Assembly (NCBI GenBank): GCA_964016885.1
Contig: OZ024742.1
Location: 241,924,001-241,988,000 of the forward strand
DNA from: Eledone cirrhosa
Lineage: Eukaryota
Reading direction: 5' to 3'
Length of the DNA stretch: 64,000 bases
The first letter of the stretch is position 1; each line of letters starts with the position of its first letter. The position numbers and the translations under genes are program-made. Below the pieces are notes generated by a model, which was not told where the DNA came from, made no database searches, and worked only from the letters and a program-made list of their open reading frames with translations. This document shows, piece by piece, positions 1 to 12,492 of this stretch.

Positions 1-1247
1 GTTACTAAACTTCTTCTTGCCAAAGTTAGACAGAATGAAGTTATCGCAATAGCCGTTGCATCATCCGGTATTGCAGCAACACTACTTCCTGGCGGCAGGT
101 CAGTACACTCTACCTTTAAGCTTCCGTTTAACTTGGTATCAGCTGAAACACCGCTCTGTGACATCACCAAGGATAGTCCAAGAGCACAACTGCTACGACG
201 GTGCCAACTGATTGTGTGGGATGAATGCACCATGGCTCACAAAGGAGCTATTGAGGCTTTAGATAGAACACTGAAAGACATTAGAGACCGTCAGGAGACC
301 ACGAGGGTGTAAATCTTTTGCTTTCAAGGGACTTTCGACAAATTTTGCCGGTTATTCCAAAGGGCACCAGAACGGTTCAAGCTCGGGCCTGCCTGAGGTC
401 TTCTCCATTGTGGCAACAGGTAATAACACTTCGTCTGACCACTAACATACGTGTTCAACCGAATGGCGATACTGTGTCTGAAAAAATTGCTGAAGACCTC
501 ATTCTTGGCAACGGCATAGTACCTTCAGATGTGGATGGAGACATTGCATTCGACAATATATGCTGTATGGTTAACATTGTCGAAGATCTAAAGGCAGCCG
601 TTTTTCCCAAATTGGCAGATAATTACCGCAATCATACATGGCTGTGTTAGAGGGCTATATTAGCTCCTACAAATGTCACTGTCTCCGCCATTAATCGCCA
701 TTTGCTTGAAAGTTTTCCTGGAAATGATAAGACTTTTAACTCTATTGATACCAATGTTGATCCACATGATGCGGTCAGTTATCCCATTGAATTCCTCAAT
801 TCATTGGACATTCCCGGTCTACCTCAACATATTTTGTCGCTCAAGGAAGGATGTCCAGATAAACTTCTCAGAAATATAACGCCTCCCAAGCTTTGCAATG
901 GTACACGCCTTGTTGTCAATAGGATGTCACAGCACATTATTTATGCTACGAATATGTCGGGGTGTGGAAAAGGAGAAGATGTTTTAATACCTACGGTAAC
1001 TATTACTACATCAGGAGTGGATGCACCCTATTCTTTTAAAAGAACCCAATTTCCCCTTCGTGCTGCCTTTGTTATGTCCACCAACAAGTCCCAGACTTTA
1101 TCTGTGGCAGGACTTCACCTGGAGGAGCCATGTTTTTCACATGGACAATTCTACGTTGGATGTTCTCGAGTTGGCAGCCGGAACAACCTCTTTGTTTTTG
1201 CTCCAAACGGAAAAACAAAGAATATTGAATACCGTGAGGTTTTATAG
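1..1247 (+). pseudogene. Helitron PIF1-like helicase domain, broken by frameshifts and stops
   Basis: Translates across frames to GIAATLLPGGRSVHSTF, IVWDECTM, DFRQILPV, LCNGTRL, QFPLRAAF, NKSQ, FSHGQFYVGCSRV. Split into ORFs 318-650 and 702-1247. Confidence 0.9.
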
Positions 1248-2208
1248 GGCTTTTTGGTTCAAAACGGCAATGTTACACCGTCTGCCTTAAATATATAGCC
1301 TCTACGAAACCTGTATTCAACATCCATGCAGTGCATTGACACCTAGGCCTCTAGGGACCAGCATCGCTCGCAAATCAAAGCGGACTCTGAAAGCGATGCT
1401 TTCGATTGTTAAGGACGCCTCTCCAGTCGCTGACAAGTCCGGCGTTTAATACATAGACACACACAACTTGGCGCATACATACAAATATTGTGCCCGTCAT
1501 TTCTTTCATTGTTTCAATATGCATGCCGATCTAGACAACACGGACAACAGCATTTCTGGTGCGTCGAAGTAAACTTTCGTCATCATTCTCAATTGCATGT
1601 GAAGATGCAATGGAAGAAGCATTTCTGTTTTGTTGATTTCTGCGATTCTTTTTGGTGAATATGGCTTTTGCTGCAGCTGTCCATTTCGCATGCTGTGGCT
1701 GTCTATAATCTGCCCATCAAACTCACCATGGGTATGTTATGAGCTCTTCATAGTTTATCTTAAACATCTACGCTATTACATTGTCAATATTTTTGTATCA
1801 CAGGTGCGAACCTCTTTGATGTTGCCTGCACCCTCGACTTCGGATAACGCATTTTTTTTTTTTTTTTTTTTTTTCAAAAATTTCTTTGTTTCAAAATAAC
1901 TGATAGTTTGGTTACGCTGATGCTTTTCTCTGATGATGCTTTTCTCTGAGACAAGTTTGCACTGTTTACATTTTCGATTTTTGTTAATAGATTACCAGTG
2001 CAGTTTTTATCCCTAGCATCCTCTTTTGTTTTAACATTCGGCTTATGGTTATGTTTTCTTAACTTCACAAGGCATACTGTTGGTTGAGGGAATATTAATC
2101 AAAAGTACCTCATGAAAGTCTACACTGAAAGGAACTTAACATTGTAACTACTGAGTTATTACTGAGCAGCGCTGAGCAGCGCCGAGCATCGCCGGGTTTT
2201 ACTGCTAG
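1..2208 (+). mobile_element. Helitron, 3' portion (decayed RepHel helicase region plus 3' terminus)
   Basis: PIF1-type helicase motifs at 1-1247. Terminus CCGAGCATCGCCGGGTTTTACTG-CTAG|T (imperfect GC hairpin, CTAG at 2205-2208, followed by T), the typical Helitron 3' end. Confidence 0.8.
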
Positions 2209-2550
2209 TACGAAATAAAATTAGCCCCGGAGAAAAAGCGAGAGAAAAGTAAATCAATATCCTCCGGTTATAATAACAGCTTTCGATGCAGATTAGATGC
2301 ATTCCTGTGGTGCTGATATAACGACATAAGTTGACATTTTTAGTTCTATATATTTTACTTTCTTCTTTTTTGGACCCTTCCATCCGGAGAGAGTCATTGG
2401 AGCACTGTATTAAAATACGGCATTTCTAGGGCATTTTTTAAAACCTAGCAGTAATTATCTCCTCTCCATGGCTGAATACAGCTGATATCTTACAGAGATG
2501 GAGAGAGAGTGAGAGAGAGAAGGTAGAAAGAGATATATAGGAAGAAACGA

Positions 2551-2690
2551 CTTGTACTTGACTGGTAATTTTTTATCGACCCCGAAGAGATGAAAGGCAA
2601 AGTTGATTTCGGTGGAATTTGAAATCAGAGATTCGAAATGCATATCGCAGAGCAATATATTGGACGTTTTAAAAACTCAGGCATTTTGCC
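2551..2690 (-). mobile_element. tRNA-derived SINE, partial and degenerate
   Basis: Shares the body TTTTATCGACCCCGAAnGnATGAAAGGCAAAGTT with copies at 31.5, 44.0, 56.6 and 58.9 kb. Confidence 0.65.
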
Positions 2691-3339
2691 TCTTTCTTAT
2701 CTTACTTTGCTTACTGTAAAAACACGTAAACGTCACAACACTCTTTAGTCGCCGTTCTTAAAATACAGGGTATTTATAGAGTCCTCATTACGCTTGTTCG
2801 TATTTATCATGCAATGTAGTATAGAGTGTGTTTATCAATTCGGAAAGGTCAAAGAAGTATCGTTAATTTAATATTCCTCTATGTGGTTTATGAGTTTGTA
2901 CATTGCTGCTGGATATGAATATTTGAAGTTGTAAACTTCAAATAAAACAGAATGTGACTATCGTTGGTTGTTTTTATATGAAATCATATGATCAATCCAC
3001 AATCGTTCCCTACGATAATCTTTCTGTTGTTAGATCAATTAAATGTCAGATATGCCAGCCTCTAAAAACCCATGAAAAAAGTGTCCCAAAACGGCAAAGT
3101 GGGCAGATTTTACATAATGAAAACTATACCCATTTTCAAAAGAGAAAACATCTCTCACTCACCTCAAAATGGCTGGGAGTTCTTCCCGTCAGACTGGAAT
3201 GTTCTAATCGCTAAATTAGCGTGTAAGTGGTTGAATATTTTACTGATATGCGTACCTAAACCGTAATTCTCAGACCGACTTACTGTGTCACAATATGTGA
3301 CAAGCTTGGATCCTTGAATTACAAATAGAATCTATTCGA

Positions 3340-3506
3340 CGGCCTTCCATGCAGTTTACGTCTACACAATTTCACCCATAATATTTGAGTTAGCACAGAC
3401 TCTAGCAATGGACGTTGGCCTAGACTATAGTAAAATACACATAGGCAAGATATCAAGCAATGGGCTTGATCACGGGACCTCGAGATTTCTTAACCACTGA
3501 GCCGTG
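3340..3506 (-). mobile_element. Degenerate SINE of a second (CORE-like) family
   Basis: Resembles from memory an abundant cephalopod SINE (GCAGTTT..GTCTAC..CTATAGTA..ACAC..CAAG..TTCTTAACCAC..GCC). Heavily mutated. Confidence 0.4.
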
Positions 3507-4329
3507 TTTGCATTTATAATACCGTGCATAACACAAAGAGCCATTTGATATCTTAGAGGAACTGCATGGTATTATTCAGTGAGAAAGTTGGCGTACTACT
3601 CAAGGATAACACATAGTGTTATTCTTTCTTCTAAATATCTACATAAATGAAAAGCAGAGATACAAGAGAGAGGGACAGAGAGAAAGTGAGTGGGAGGGAG
3701 AGTGGTGAGAGAGAGAGAAAAGTGAGGAGTAAGAGAGAGAGAGAGAGAGAGAGAGAGTGACAAGGAGATAAGAAATAAATAATGAAAGATGTTCTTCCTG
3801 TCCGAGGCACCCTAACAAATCTATAGGCACGTGCGATAGCTTTACAGATGGAATCAATTATATTTATCTATATTCCAAATGCACCATTAATCAATTTTCG
3901 AGTCACTAAAAATTATATATAAATTACATATATAATTACTGTGTACACTCTTGTTTCTATAAAGTGAATTCTTAATACTGGCATTCGACTGTTTTAATAC
4001 TAAGATAAATGTTTTCATTAATTATTAACTATCAACAAGGTATTTAACAGTACGAAACGGTAAATGATGTTAGTAAATGTAATCAATAATTCTCTACACC
4101 AACGTTATCTTTAGTTGTTGCGTTAGTTTATGGGAAATACTCGGAATTTCTCCAAATTTTACGATAAAGTTAATAACGCTTATGATAATCTTATCATCGT
4201 TTAACATTTTATTCTGCATTATTAATGATGTACAGCAGTAAAGCGAAATTGAATCACAAACCATCGATTAAAGAATGCGTGCTCTTACATCCTTTCTGAA
4301 ATTATGCTATAAACACTATATATGTATAT

Positions 4330-4590
<261 letters not shown>

Positions 4591-5291
4591 ACAGATCAAT
4601 AAATCGTCGTCCAACAGAAATCATCAAATGTCATCGATAATTCAAAACAGTCAAATATTTATATCCTTCAGTAATTATCATTTATTCATTTATTTCGTTT
4701 CGATCTACCATTTAATCGTTTCGTTCAACACCATAACAAATTGCATACAGGAATAAGAAAACTTCCTTGAGCCCATCTACTATCCATTGGTAAACATTGG
4801 TATTCGAATATAGATATGCTATTTTCGCCCCTTCATTAGTTTCACATACTTGTATACACAAGATGTAATGTTTTCTTACTGAAAGCTACCCAAACTAACA
4901 ATCTATCTAGTTCTCATTATTCCAAAATAGAGTGCTTCAACAGATTCTCACACAATCAAGAAGCCAAAAAGTCCTTCTCTAAATCTATGATGTAAGACGG
5001 GAAGTACTTTCTACGCATTTTGTATTAACATCTAGTTACAGTTCTACATTTCATTTACTAATAGGATATTCGCTTACACGTACACACGCTTAGGTATATA
5101 TAGAGACTTAAAATCATAATCACGTGTGTATGAGAGGCTAAATCTTAAATAGGAAAGTACAGGCAAACATATGCATGCATACACATGTTTACATTCCGTT
5201 GCATACCATCTATGCAGGCACACATATATATGCCTTAAACCTATATAGTTTGGCATCGCTCATTCATAAACACACATGTATATATATATAA

Positions 5292-5422
<131 letters not shown>

Positions 5423-6430
5423 TAAACAGAAGACATGTACTGCACACGCAGGCACGCAAGAATGTACATGTATATAAATATAAATATCTACAAATATATA
5501 TATATATATATATATATATTCATATAATACATTAGAAAAACTAAACATAAATATGTACGTAAATGTTTAGGTGAATATTTAAATCTTTTCCTATCTTAAT
5601 CTCTCATACATACTTACATCTACACAATCGCACACACATATTTTAGCTTTAATTCCTAGAAGATAGGAAAAGAATTGATTTTTTTTGCCTTACATTTTAA
5701 TGTGCTTCAATATGAGAAAATATAGATTTGTTTTCCTTTAAATCTATGAATACTTATAGACAATGCTCTTTCTGTGACTCAAGGCAAATAAACACCATCG
5801 CCACCATCATAAACACCGCAATAATCTGTTCATATTACAATCTTAAACAAAATTTACGATTTACGGAAGTTTATTTTTGGGGCCGAGAAAGATGTCTTTA
5901 GGCTAACTGTTTCTTTTTTATTATTATTCACCAAATCAAGACACAAAATATATGACGGGAGTTTGCCTTTGACAGTCTAGAATAGCTGTATGACAATGAC
6001 ATTTCTGCTATAGAAAGAAGTTGTAGATATGTAACGAAAATAATATGAAATGTAGGATATGTTGTTGAAAGTATTAAAAGGCATTGTTGGTGGTGGTGGT
6101 GGTGGTGGTGGTGGTGGTGCTAGTGGATGATTGCGGTAGATTGTAGAGTAGTAAGCATACAGATTTGAAAGAAATGAAAGAGAAGAACAACAACTATAAA
6201 CATCACATGATCCCCAAAAATGAACGTTAAGAAATGGTAAGAAGGAACAGAAGTTACTGCACTCTAAATGTTAACTCATTGAGTGACTTAGACAGAATTA
6301 AGCTTAACATTCTTTATAGATTTACTAAAAAATACAGCAACTGGTGAATGATGAGCCGCCATCATAGATAGCATGTCTTTCTTATCAGTTATCTGCAATT
6401 GGCAGAAATCATTTTCTGTAGCAAAATAGA

Positions 6431-6481
<51 letters not shown>

Positions 6482-6637
6482 TCTGTCAATATAAGTACAT
6501 CACAAGTCTAAACACTAAAGATGCATGTGTGAGTATGTATGTTCTTTCTTGAACATGGCGGACCTTGTTGTCTCTTGAGGTCACTGGTTGAGACATGGTG
6601 ATAACTCGTATGAACATAAAGCAAGATAAATGCAGCT

Positions 6638-6680
<43 letters not shown>

Positions 6681-6941
6681 TTTCTTTATTAACCACAAGG
6701 GTTTACATAAAGTAGACATTAAGGACAGTGCAGGACAATGCAGGACGGTACAAATGGGCATTTCTGCGTGTAAAAAAAACAAAAACAGAGGATGTAACAA
6801 AAATAACAATGAAAATAACAATGAAAAATTCCCCAATAGGGGGGAGACTTCGGAGGGACATTTGTGGAGAAAGCCCAGTAAAAAGCCACAATGACCCTGA
6901 CCACCAAGGCAAGTGCCCTCTCCCAGTTTTCCACCTTTAGT

Positions 6942-9900
6942 TTACAGATATATACTCAGAGTCGGCCCATTCACTCGGGCCATTCTTGCTTCTCTCACCC
7001 ATCTTTCAACAAAATGCTGGGAAGAGAGCACTTCCTTCTCTACTCTGATTTTCCTTTTCAAATGAAATTTGAAAAAGTCAATCAGAGCATCACCGAAGAG
7101 GTAAGTGCTCGTCTTCAGCCCTTTCAAACGTGTCCACCATACTATCTCTTTCGCCATGGCCACCAGACAGATAAAAACTGCCTGCCCTTCCCGGCTAAAT
7201 GAGGAGGGCGGGGCAATCCTCACGATAGACTCAGATGATAGCTGGATCCGTCCTAAACGCGACAGCAGGTGTTCGACATAAACCCACAAGTCAGCAATTT
7301 TCGGACACTGGACGAGTGCGTGCAGGACGGTTTCGTCGCCCTGCGCGCATCTCGGACATGCCCGGCTGACGGCACCTCCATGCCTGTAGAGTTTATCCCG
7401 AACTGGCAAGGCTCCTCGGTAGCACTGCCAGGCCAGAGATTTCTGGAAGTTGTCCATAGGCCCTGGCCCGAAAGTTCTTCCGAAGAGATTGGCTAGTTGA
7501 TTTTCGTCGACGCCTAGAGTTTCCCCAAGTACGTCGTCGCTCTTCCCCTCCACTAATCCTCTATAGAACGCCGAGGTGGAGTTTCCACCGATCACATTGC
7601 CCGATTGGTCGAGGGCTGTGGGCGCCTGAAGACATTCCAGTCTCCAGGCGCTCCCTCTCGGTCTTCGCTTGACCCAGGACTGCAGCTCCGTCAAGGAAAC
7701 GAGCTGGGGAAAAACGCGTCTAGCAAACGGCGACCACACCTGATCACCGTCGAGGAAGAGGTGGAGATGTCGTAGCCTGAGCGCGTGCCTGCGCATCATC
7801 AGCCACGGCATGCCCAGCCCTCCACGTAGCGGGTGTTGACAACAGATGGACCGCCTGACCATCGGAGCACGTCCCTTCCACAAAAAGCGAAAGAGCAAAC
7901 GCTCCAGCGCAGTCAGGCGAGGCTTAGGACAAGGTACGACGGTTAGGCGGTAGCAGATGACAGACGCGATGTACGCGTTAGCCACCTCCGCTCGACCTTT
8001 CAGGGATAGCTTCCTCTCCGCCCATTTCTGGGTGAGAGAAGCCACCCTGCTCGTCACCTCGTCCCAGTTTTTGTCCGTCTGGAGGTCCGGACCGAACCAG
8101 ACCCCTAGCAATTTAACCGGTCCGTCCGTCCAGCGCCCGACGACGCTGTTGGACGGCATGGACCTGCCTCTCCAGGTGCCGAGCTGCAGGCCCACTGACT
8201 TTTCCTGGTTGATCATTGCTCCTGTCACCGCTTCGTATTCTCTTAGTGTAGTGCCGATCGCCTCGATGTGTTTGGCGTTCGACACCACTACGGTGACATC
8301 GTCCGCATATGCTGACACGGATCTTCCGCATCCTAGTTCGCGCGGGACTCCCCTCAACGTCTCCAGTTTGTGCAGTAATGGCTCGAGAGTCAATACGTAC
8401 AAGAGGGACGAGAGGGGACATCCTTGGCGGACCGAGCGCATTATGTTGAACGGTTCCGACAGGTGACCGTTCACTCTCACCACAGAGCAGATGTCGCTGT
8501 GCATGGCAGCGATCCAGCCTCTGAAGACGGGCCCAAAGCCAGCCGCCCTCAGGACTGCCGCTAGGTAACGATGGTCGACCCTATCGAAAGCTTTCGACTG
8601 ATCTAAATTGATCAAGGACCCACCCGTGCCAGGTTCCCTAGCTACCCTCTCTACGATGTATCGCATGAGGTGGAGGTTGTCGTGGATGGATCTGTCGGGA
8701 ATGGCGCATGTCTGCGCCTCTCCCACCAGACCACCAACGACAAGCGCCAACCTCTTTGCTAGCACCTTGGCCAAAATCTTAAACTCTGTGTTTAGCAGAG
8801 TTATGGGCCGGAAATTGTCTATGTTATCCCCCTTGTTCGGATCCTTTCTCAGCAGTGCCACCGCTCCTCGGCTCACAGAACTGGGAATTCTCCCGTTCTG
8901 TTGCCAGTTGCAGTAGACGTCCGCCAAGAGGCCTCCGAACAAGTCTGGCATCTGTACGTAAAGTTCATAGGGCAGACCATCCAAACCAGGCGATTTGCCC
9001 CTTGTGCAGCCAGTCATTGCCTCCCTTACTTCAGCGGCTGTTATCGGCTTTTCGCAACACTTCGCCTCAGTGGCCGAGAGCCGCGGCAGTCCGTCGAGGT
9101 AGACACTAAAGTCCATCCCTCTACCCGGCCCCCCGCTGCCCCCGAACAGCTGAGCGAAGTGTCGCTGAAAAGCTTCATACATTTGCCCGGGATCGAGTAG
9201 CATGCGCCCGTCGTGGTCCACCAAAGACCGGATCGTGGCTTTGTTGCCACGACGCGCCTCCGCCACTCGGGCCCATTGAACGGCTTTCGTCCCCTCGTGT
9301 CTGAGAGCACGCACCCTAGCTCTAACAACGCAGCCTTCGTGCTTTGCATTGAAGAATTGGTCAAGGGCCAATTTCGCCGCAAGCACGTCGGTCGCAATGC
9401 CTTTGCTAAGCGCCTCTTCTAATTTTCTAACTAGTTCTCCCTCTGCTCTATTTTTCTCTATTGCTAAAGCCTTACTAAACCTAATCGATTCTATTCTAAT
9501 CGCTCTTTTCAGAGCAAACCACCACTTGTTGTTGACGATGGCCCCCGTCAACGCCCGCTTAACTAGTTCGCTAATCCGGTCTCTGTAGGCCTTGCGCGCT
9601 GGTAAGGACGCGTTTAGCTTCCAGTAGCCGGGTCCTCGTCTATGAAGCCTATCTAAGTCAAGCACACAGGTCACGAATTTGTGGTCCGTGTAGCTGACTA
9701 TCTTGAATTGTGGACAGCCTATGCTAGACCTATCTATTTCCCTACAAAATACTCTATCTAGATATGATCTGGATGACCCTATGCGGTTTGTCCAAGTCCA
9801 CATTGGCACATTCGGGAAATCCAATCGGTACCTGTCAGACAGTTCAAAACGCCTGAGCAGGTTGGTGAGGCTCTTGCACCCTCCACCCCTATCCGCTAAT

Positions 9901-10361
9901 CCCACACAGTCCCAGCGTGCATCTAAGATCCCGTTCCAGTCGCCCACTAACACTAAAGAGCGGGACGTTCCAAGAAAGGTCTCCAGACGCCGGAAGAAAT
10001 CAGGCCGCCCTGCTCCTGTCGGGGCATAGACGGCCACTAGCCTGAAAGCTTGCCCGTCTCCGCTGGTCACGTCCAGCACCACCAGCTTACCCTCTGGGTC
10101 CAGGAAGATGGCCCGTATGGCGAGATCCAAACCTCTCCGAAAAAGCACAGCAACTCCTCCACCCGATCCAGGACGGCTGGGAGATGCATACACATCGTAG
10201 CCGCCGAAGATTGGTGCGAAGGCCCGTGCTTCGGAGATTCTGGTCTCGCTGATGGCCACTACATCTATGTTTAGTGACCTGAGGTCGTTGAGCAGGTGAC
10301 CCTGCTTCCATGACGACCCCAAGCCACGCGCATTTATGCTGCCTATTCTGAGTGAGGTCAT
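6942..10361 (-). CDS. LINE ORF2 (1139 aa): APE endonuclease, reverse transcriptase, C-terminal CCHC
   Basis: APE motifs SINARGL, ISET, YAP, GDWN, YLDR, TDH. RT motifs GKSPGLDG, FRPITLLN, LDQSKAFDRV, QGCPLS, YADD. Tx1/L1-type GYWKLN and C-terminal CPRC..ETVLHALVQC. Uninterrupted. Confidence 0.96.
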   Translation of the reverse strand: MTSLRIGSINARGLGSSWKQGHLLNDLRSLNIDVVAISETRISEARAFAPIFGGYDVYASPSRPGSGGGVAVLFRRGLDLAIRAIFLDPEGKLVVLDVTSGDGQAFRLVAVYAPTGAGRPDFFRRLETFLGTSRSLVLVGDWNGILDARWDCVGLADRGGGCKSLTNLLRRFELSDRYRLDFPNVPMWTWTNRIGSSRSYLDRVFCREIDRSSIGCPQFKIVSYTDHKFVTCVLDLDRLHRRGPGYWKLNASLPARKAYRDRISELVKRALTGAIVNNKWWFALKRAIRIESIRFSKALAIEKNRAEGELVRKLEEALSKGIATDVLAAKLALDQFFNAKHEGCVVRARVRALRHEGTKAVQWARVAEARRGNKATIRSLVDHDGRMLLDPGQMYEAFQRHFAQLFGGSGGPGRGMDFSVYLDGLPRLSATEAKCCEKPITAAEVREAMTGCTRGKSPGLDGLPYELYVQMPDLFGGLLADVYCNWQQNGRIPSSVSRGAVALLRKDPNKGDNIDNFRPITLLNTEFKILAKVLAKRLALVVGGLVGEAQTCAIPDRSIHDNLHLMRYIVERVAREPGTGGSLINLDQSKAFDRVDHRYLAAVLRAAGFGPVFRGWIAAMHSDICSVVRVNGHLSEPFNIMRSVRQGCPLSSLLYVLTLEPLLHKLETLRGVPRELGCGRSVSAYADDVTVVVSNAKHIEAIGTTLREYEAVTGAMINQEKSVGLQLGTWRGRSMPSNSVVGRWTDGPVKLLGVWFGPDLQTDKNWDEVTSRVASLTQKWAERKLSLKGRAEVANAYIASVICYRLTVVPCPKPRLTALERLLFRFLWKGRAPMVRRSICCQHPLRGGLGMPWLMMRRHALRLRHLHLFLDGDQVWSPFARRVFPQLVSLTELQSWVKRRPRGSAWRLECLQAPTALDQSGNVIGGNSTSAFYRGLVEGKSDDVLGETLGVDENQLANLFGRTFGPGPMDNFQKSLAWQCYRGALPVRDKLYRHGGAVSRACPRCAQGDETVLHALVQCPKIADLWVYVEHLLSRLGRIQLSSESIVRIAPPSSFSREGQAVFICLVAMAKEIVWWTRLKGLKTSTYLFGDALIDFFKFHLKRKIRVEKEVLSSQHFVERWVREARMARVNGPTLSIYL

Positions 10362-10395
10362 GTTTAAATAGAGTGGAAAAGATGGGAAAGACCAC

Positions 10396-12492
10396 TTACC
10401 GTATTTTTGGTAGAGGAGGGATGGTTTTTACATCCCTTTTCACTTGATCGTCTGGTGAAGGGACCGTTGAATCGTCCCTTCGGCTGGTCGTCGGCTCTTC
10501 TAAGAGAATGTCTGAATATACTCTTCGATTAATGGTTCCTCCTAGGTCCCTGAAATCACCAACTGCGTTGGGGAATTTCGTTTTAATGTTTGTGTATTGT
10601 TTCTGTGCTATTTTTAGCAGTCTTATGTTAGTTGGCGTTTTGATTGGTGCTGGTATTATGTAGTCCTGTTGTGAAATGTCTGTGTGTTCAATTATGTAAG
10701 TCATTAGTTTCTTGTTGTGTGTGTTTATTGCCGTGCATTTGTTTTTCTGGGGGTGGGGTGTGGTTCTGCTATTTTCTTGTCGTTGTTGCTGGGTGTGTGT
10801 GTTTTGTTGTTGTGTTTGCGATGTTGGTGCTTGTGGTGGTGGTGTTGAAGGTGTTGTTGGCGGTGGGGTTGTCGCCGGTGGTGATGGTGGTGCTGGTGTG
10901 GGTGGTGATGGTGTTGGTGGTGTTGCTGCTGTGGGTCTCTTTGCAGTAGACTTTACCCTTTTCTCATTTCTTTCCTCCCTTTTCAAAGGCGACGATGCGC
11001 TGCTTCTGCGTTTGTGCCTTCTTGAGACCTTTTGCCATCCCTCTCCCACCTCACACTCCATGTCTGATTCTGTAAGGTCGGGGAGGGGTACCAGCTCCAC
11101 TCTTTCACTTGTTGTTGTTGGTGATGTTTGCACTGGAGTCTCTGTTGCAGCTGCATTTGGTATTGCTGTTGTTGTTGTTAATATTTCCACTGCTGCTGCT
11201 GTCTTTGATTTCCGTGGAGTGGGTATGGGTGCCACGGACCTATCGTTCCTGGTTGCCGCTTGTCCTGTTGCTGGTAGCCGTGGAACCGGATTCGGGAGGA
11301 GGGGGGTTTTCTCCTTTCTCAGGGTCTTCTCGTTGCAGAAGGCCCTGAGGTGAGTCTTCGATCCACAGCGAAAGCATTTCGGGCGTTTGCCCTCAACACT
11401 TATGGGCAGTTGAGTGCCGTTATCGAAGTCTATCACATCCGGGATAGCTTCGATGCACTCCTGGTTGGTTTGGATTAGCATCTCAATGGAGGAGCCGACC
11501 CAATCTTCTCTTACTTTTTTCTGTACTTGCAGTACAGTTGTTTTATCCTCGATTCCGACGAGGACAGACGCGGCCAGCCAAGAAGGGGTCATTCCGGGGG
11601 GGACGTGGGTCAGTTTGACCCTCACAATTTTTTGCCCGCAGTAGGAGGGCACCAACACCATTTCCTCGCTCCTTAGGGTCACTACTGATTGGGCCTTTGC
11701 CTCCTGGGGTGTGGCAAAAAGTACGTCTACGGTGGCGTATTTTTTGCCTCGGGTGATGTGCGTTTTCCTCTGCCACACAGACCCCAAGGCTTTTTGTATT
11801 TGGGCCTCTGTGGCTCTTTCCACCCTACGGGATTTTGTACTTACTGTACGGTACGTGACCGTACAGTGCTCTTGGGTTTCGAAAAAATTTTTCGCTGCCT
11901 TGCAGATTGCTCGGTGTCCGTTCTTTGTCACCATCTTCTTCGCTTCCTCTAATTCCTCATTTGTTATGAGGATTGTTTCCAGGTTTTTCGCAATACCTGC
12001 AAATGAGATTGGTTTTTCTCTGCTGTTGTTGTTGTCGTCAGAGCTGCTGGTACTTTTGTTGTTGCTGCAGGTACTACGACTACTGCCTCCGCCGCTGTTG
12101 CTGTGGTTGTTGTTGGTGTTGCTGCTGCTAATGCTGTTGTTGTTTATGCTGCTGTTGATGCTGTTGCGGCTGCTACTGTTGTTTTCATTGTCACTGTTGC
12201 TGTTGTTATTACGGCTGCTACTGCTATTATTCCTGACGTCAGACGAATGAACTGGGTTTTCGTATTTCCCGCACACCTGTTTCGTCGCTGTCGTCGTCGT
12301 CGTGGAGAAACCTTGCACGCTTTGCACGAGACTTTTCTTTTCTTTCGTCGCTTGCGAAAGAGAAGGGAGGGAGAGAGACACATTTAAAGAAGGGAGGGAG
12401 AGAGACAATCTTCTCTCTGCTGTAGTGATGATTGAGGAAGAAGAAGACGGAATGAGTGGGAGTGACGTATGAAATTTCTTTTTGGTAGCCAT
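10396..12492 (-). CDS. LINE ORF1 (698 aa), gag-like nucleic-acid-binding protein with zinc knuckle
   Basis: ATG at 12492 is conserved in copy B. CX2CX4HX4C knuckle CFRCGSKTHLRAFC, N/S-rich and P/T-rich tracts, directly upstream of ORF2. Confidence 0.9.
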   Translation of the reverse strand: MATKKKFHTSLPLIPSSSSSIITTAERRLSLSLPSLNVSLSLPSLSQATKEKKSLVQSVQGFSTTTTTATKQVCGKYENPVHSSDVRNNSSSSRNNNSNSDNENNSSSRNSINSSINNNSISSSNTNNNHSNSGGGSSRSTCSNNKSTSSSDDNNNSREKPISFAGIAKNLETILITNEELEEAKKMVTKNGHRAICKAAKNFFETQEHCTVTYRTVSTKSRRVERATEAQIQKALGSVWQRKTHITRGKKYATVDVLFATPQEAKAQSVVTLRSEEMVLVPSYCGQKIVRVKLTHVPPGMTPSWLAASVLVGIEDKTTVLQVQKKVREDWVGSSIEMLIQTNQECIEAIPDVIDFDNGTQLPISVEGKRPKCFRCGSKTHLRAFCNEKTLRKEKTPLLPNPVPRLPATGQAATRNDRSVAPIPTPRKSKTAAAVEILTTTTAIPNAAATETPVQTSPTTTSERVELVPLPDLTESDMECEVGEGWQKVSRRHKRRSSASSPLKREERNEKRVKSTAKRPTAATPPTPSPPTPAPPSPPATTPPPTTPSTPPPQAPTSQTQQQNTHTQQQRQENSRTTPHPQKNKCTAINTHNKKLMTYIIEHTDISQQDYIIPAPIKTPTNIRLLKIAQKQYTNIKTKFPNAVGDFRDLGGTINRRVYSDILLEEPTTSRRDDSTVPSPDDQVKRDVKTIPPLPKIR

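Noticed and set aside
7269-12387. Plus-strand ORFs overlapping the Tx1 copies (also 44836-49952 and 50946-52684)
   Set aside because: Antisense shadows of GC-rich or low-complexity coding sequence. Their recurrence only reflects element copy identity.
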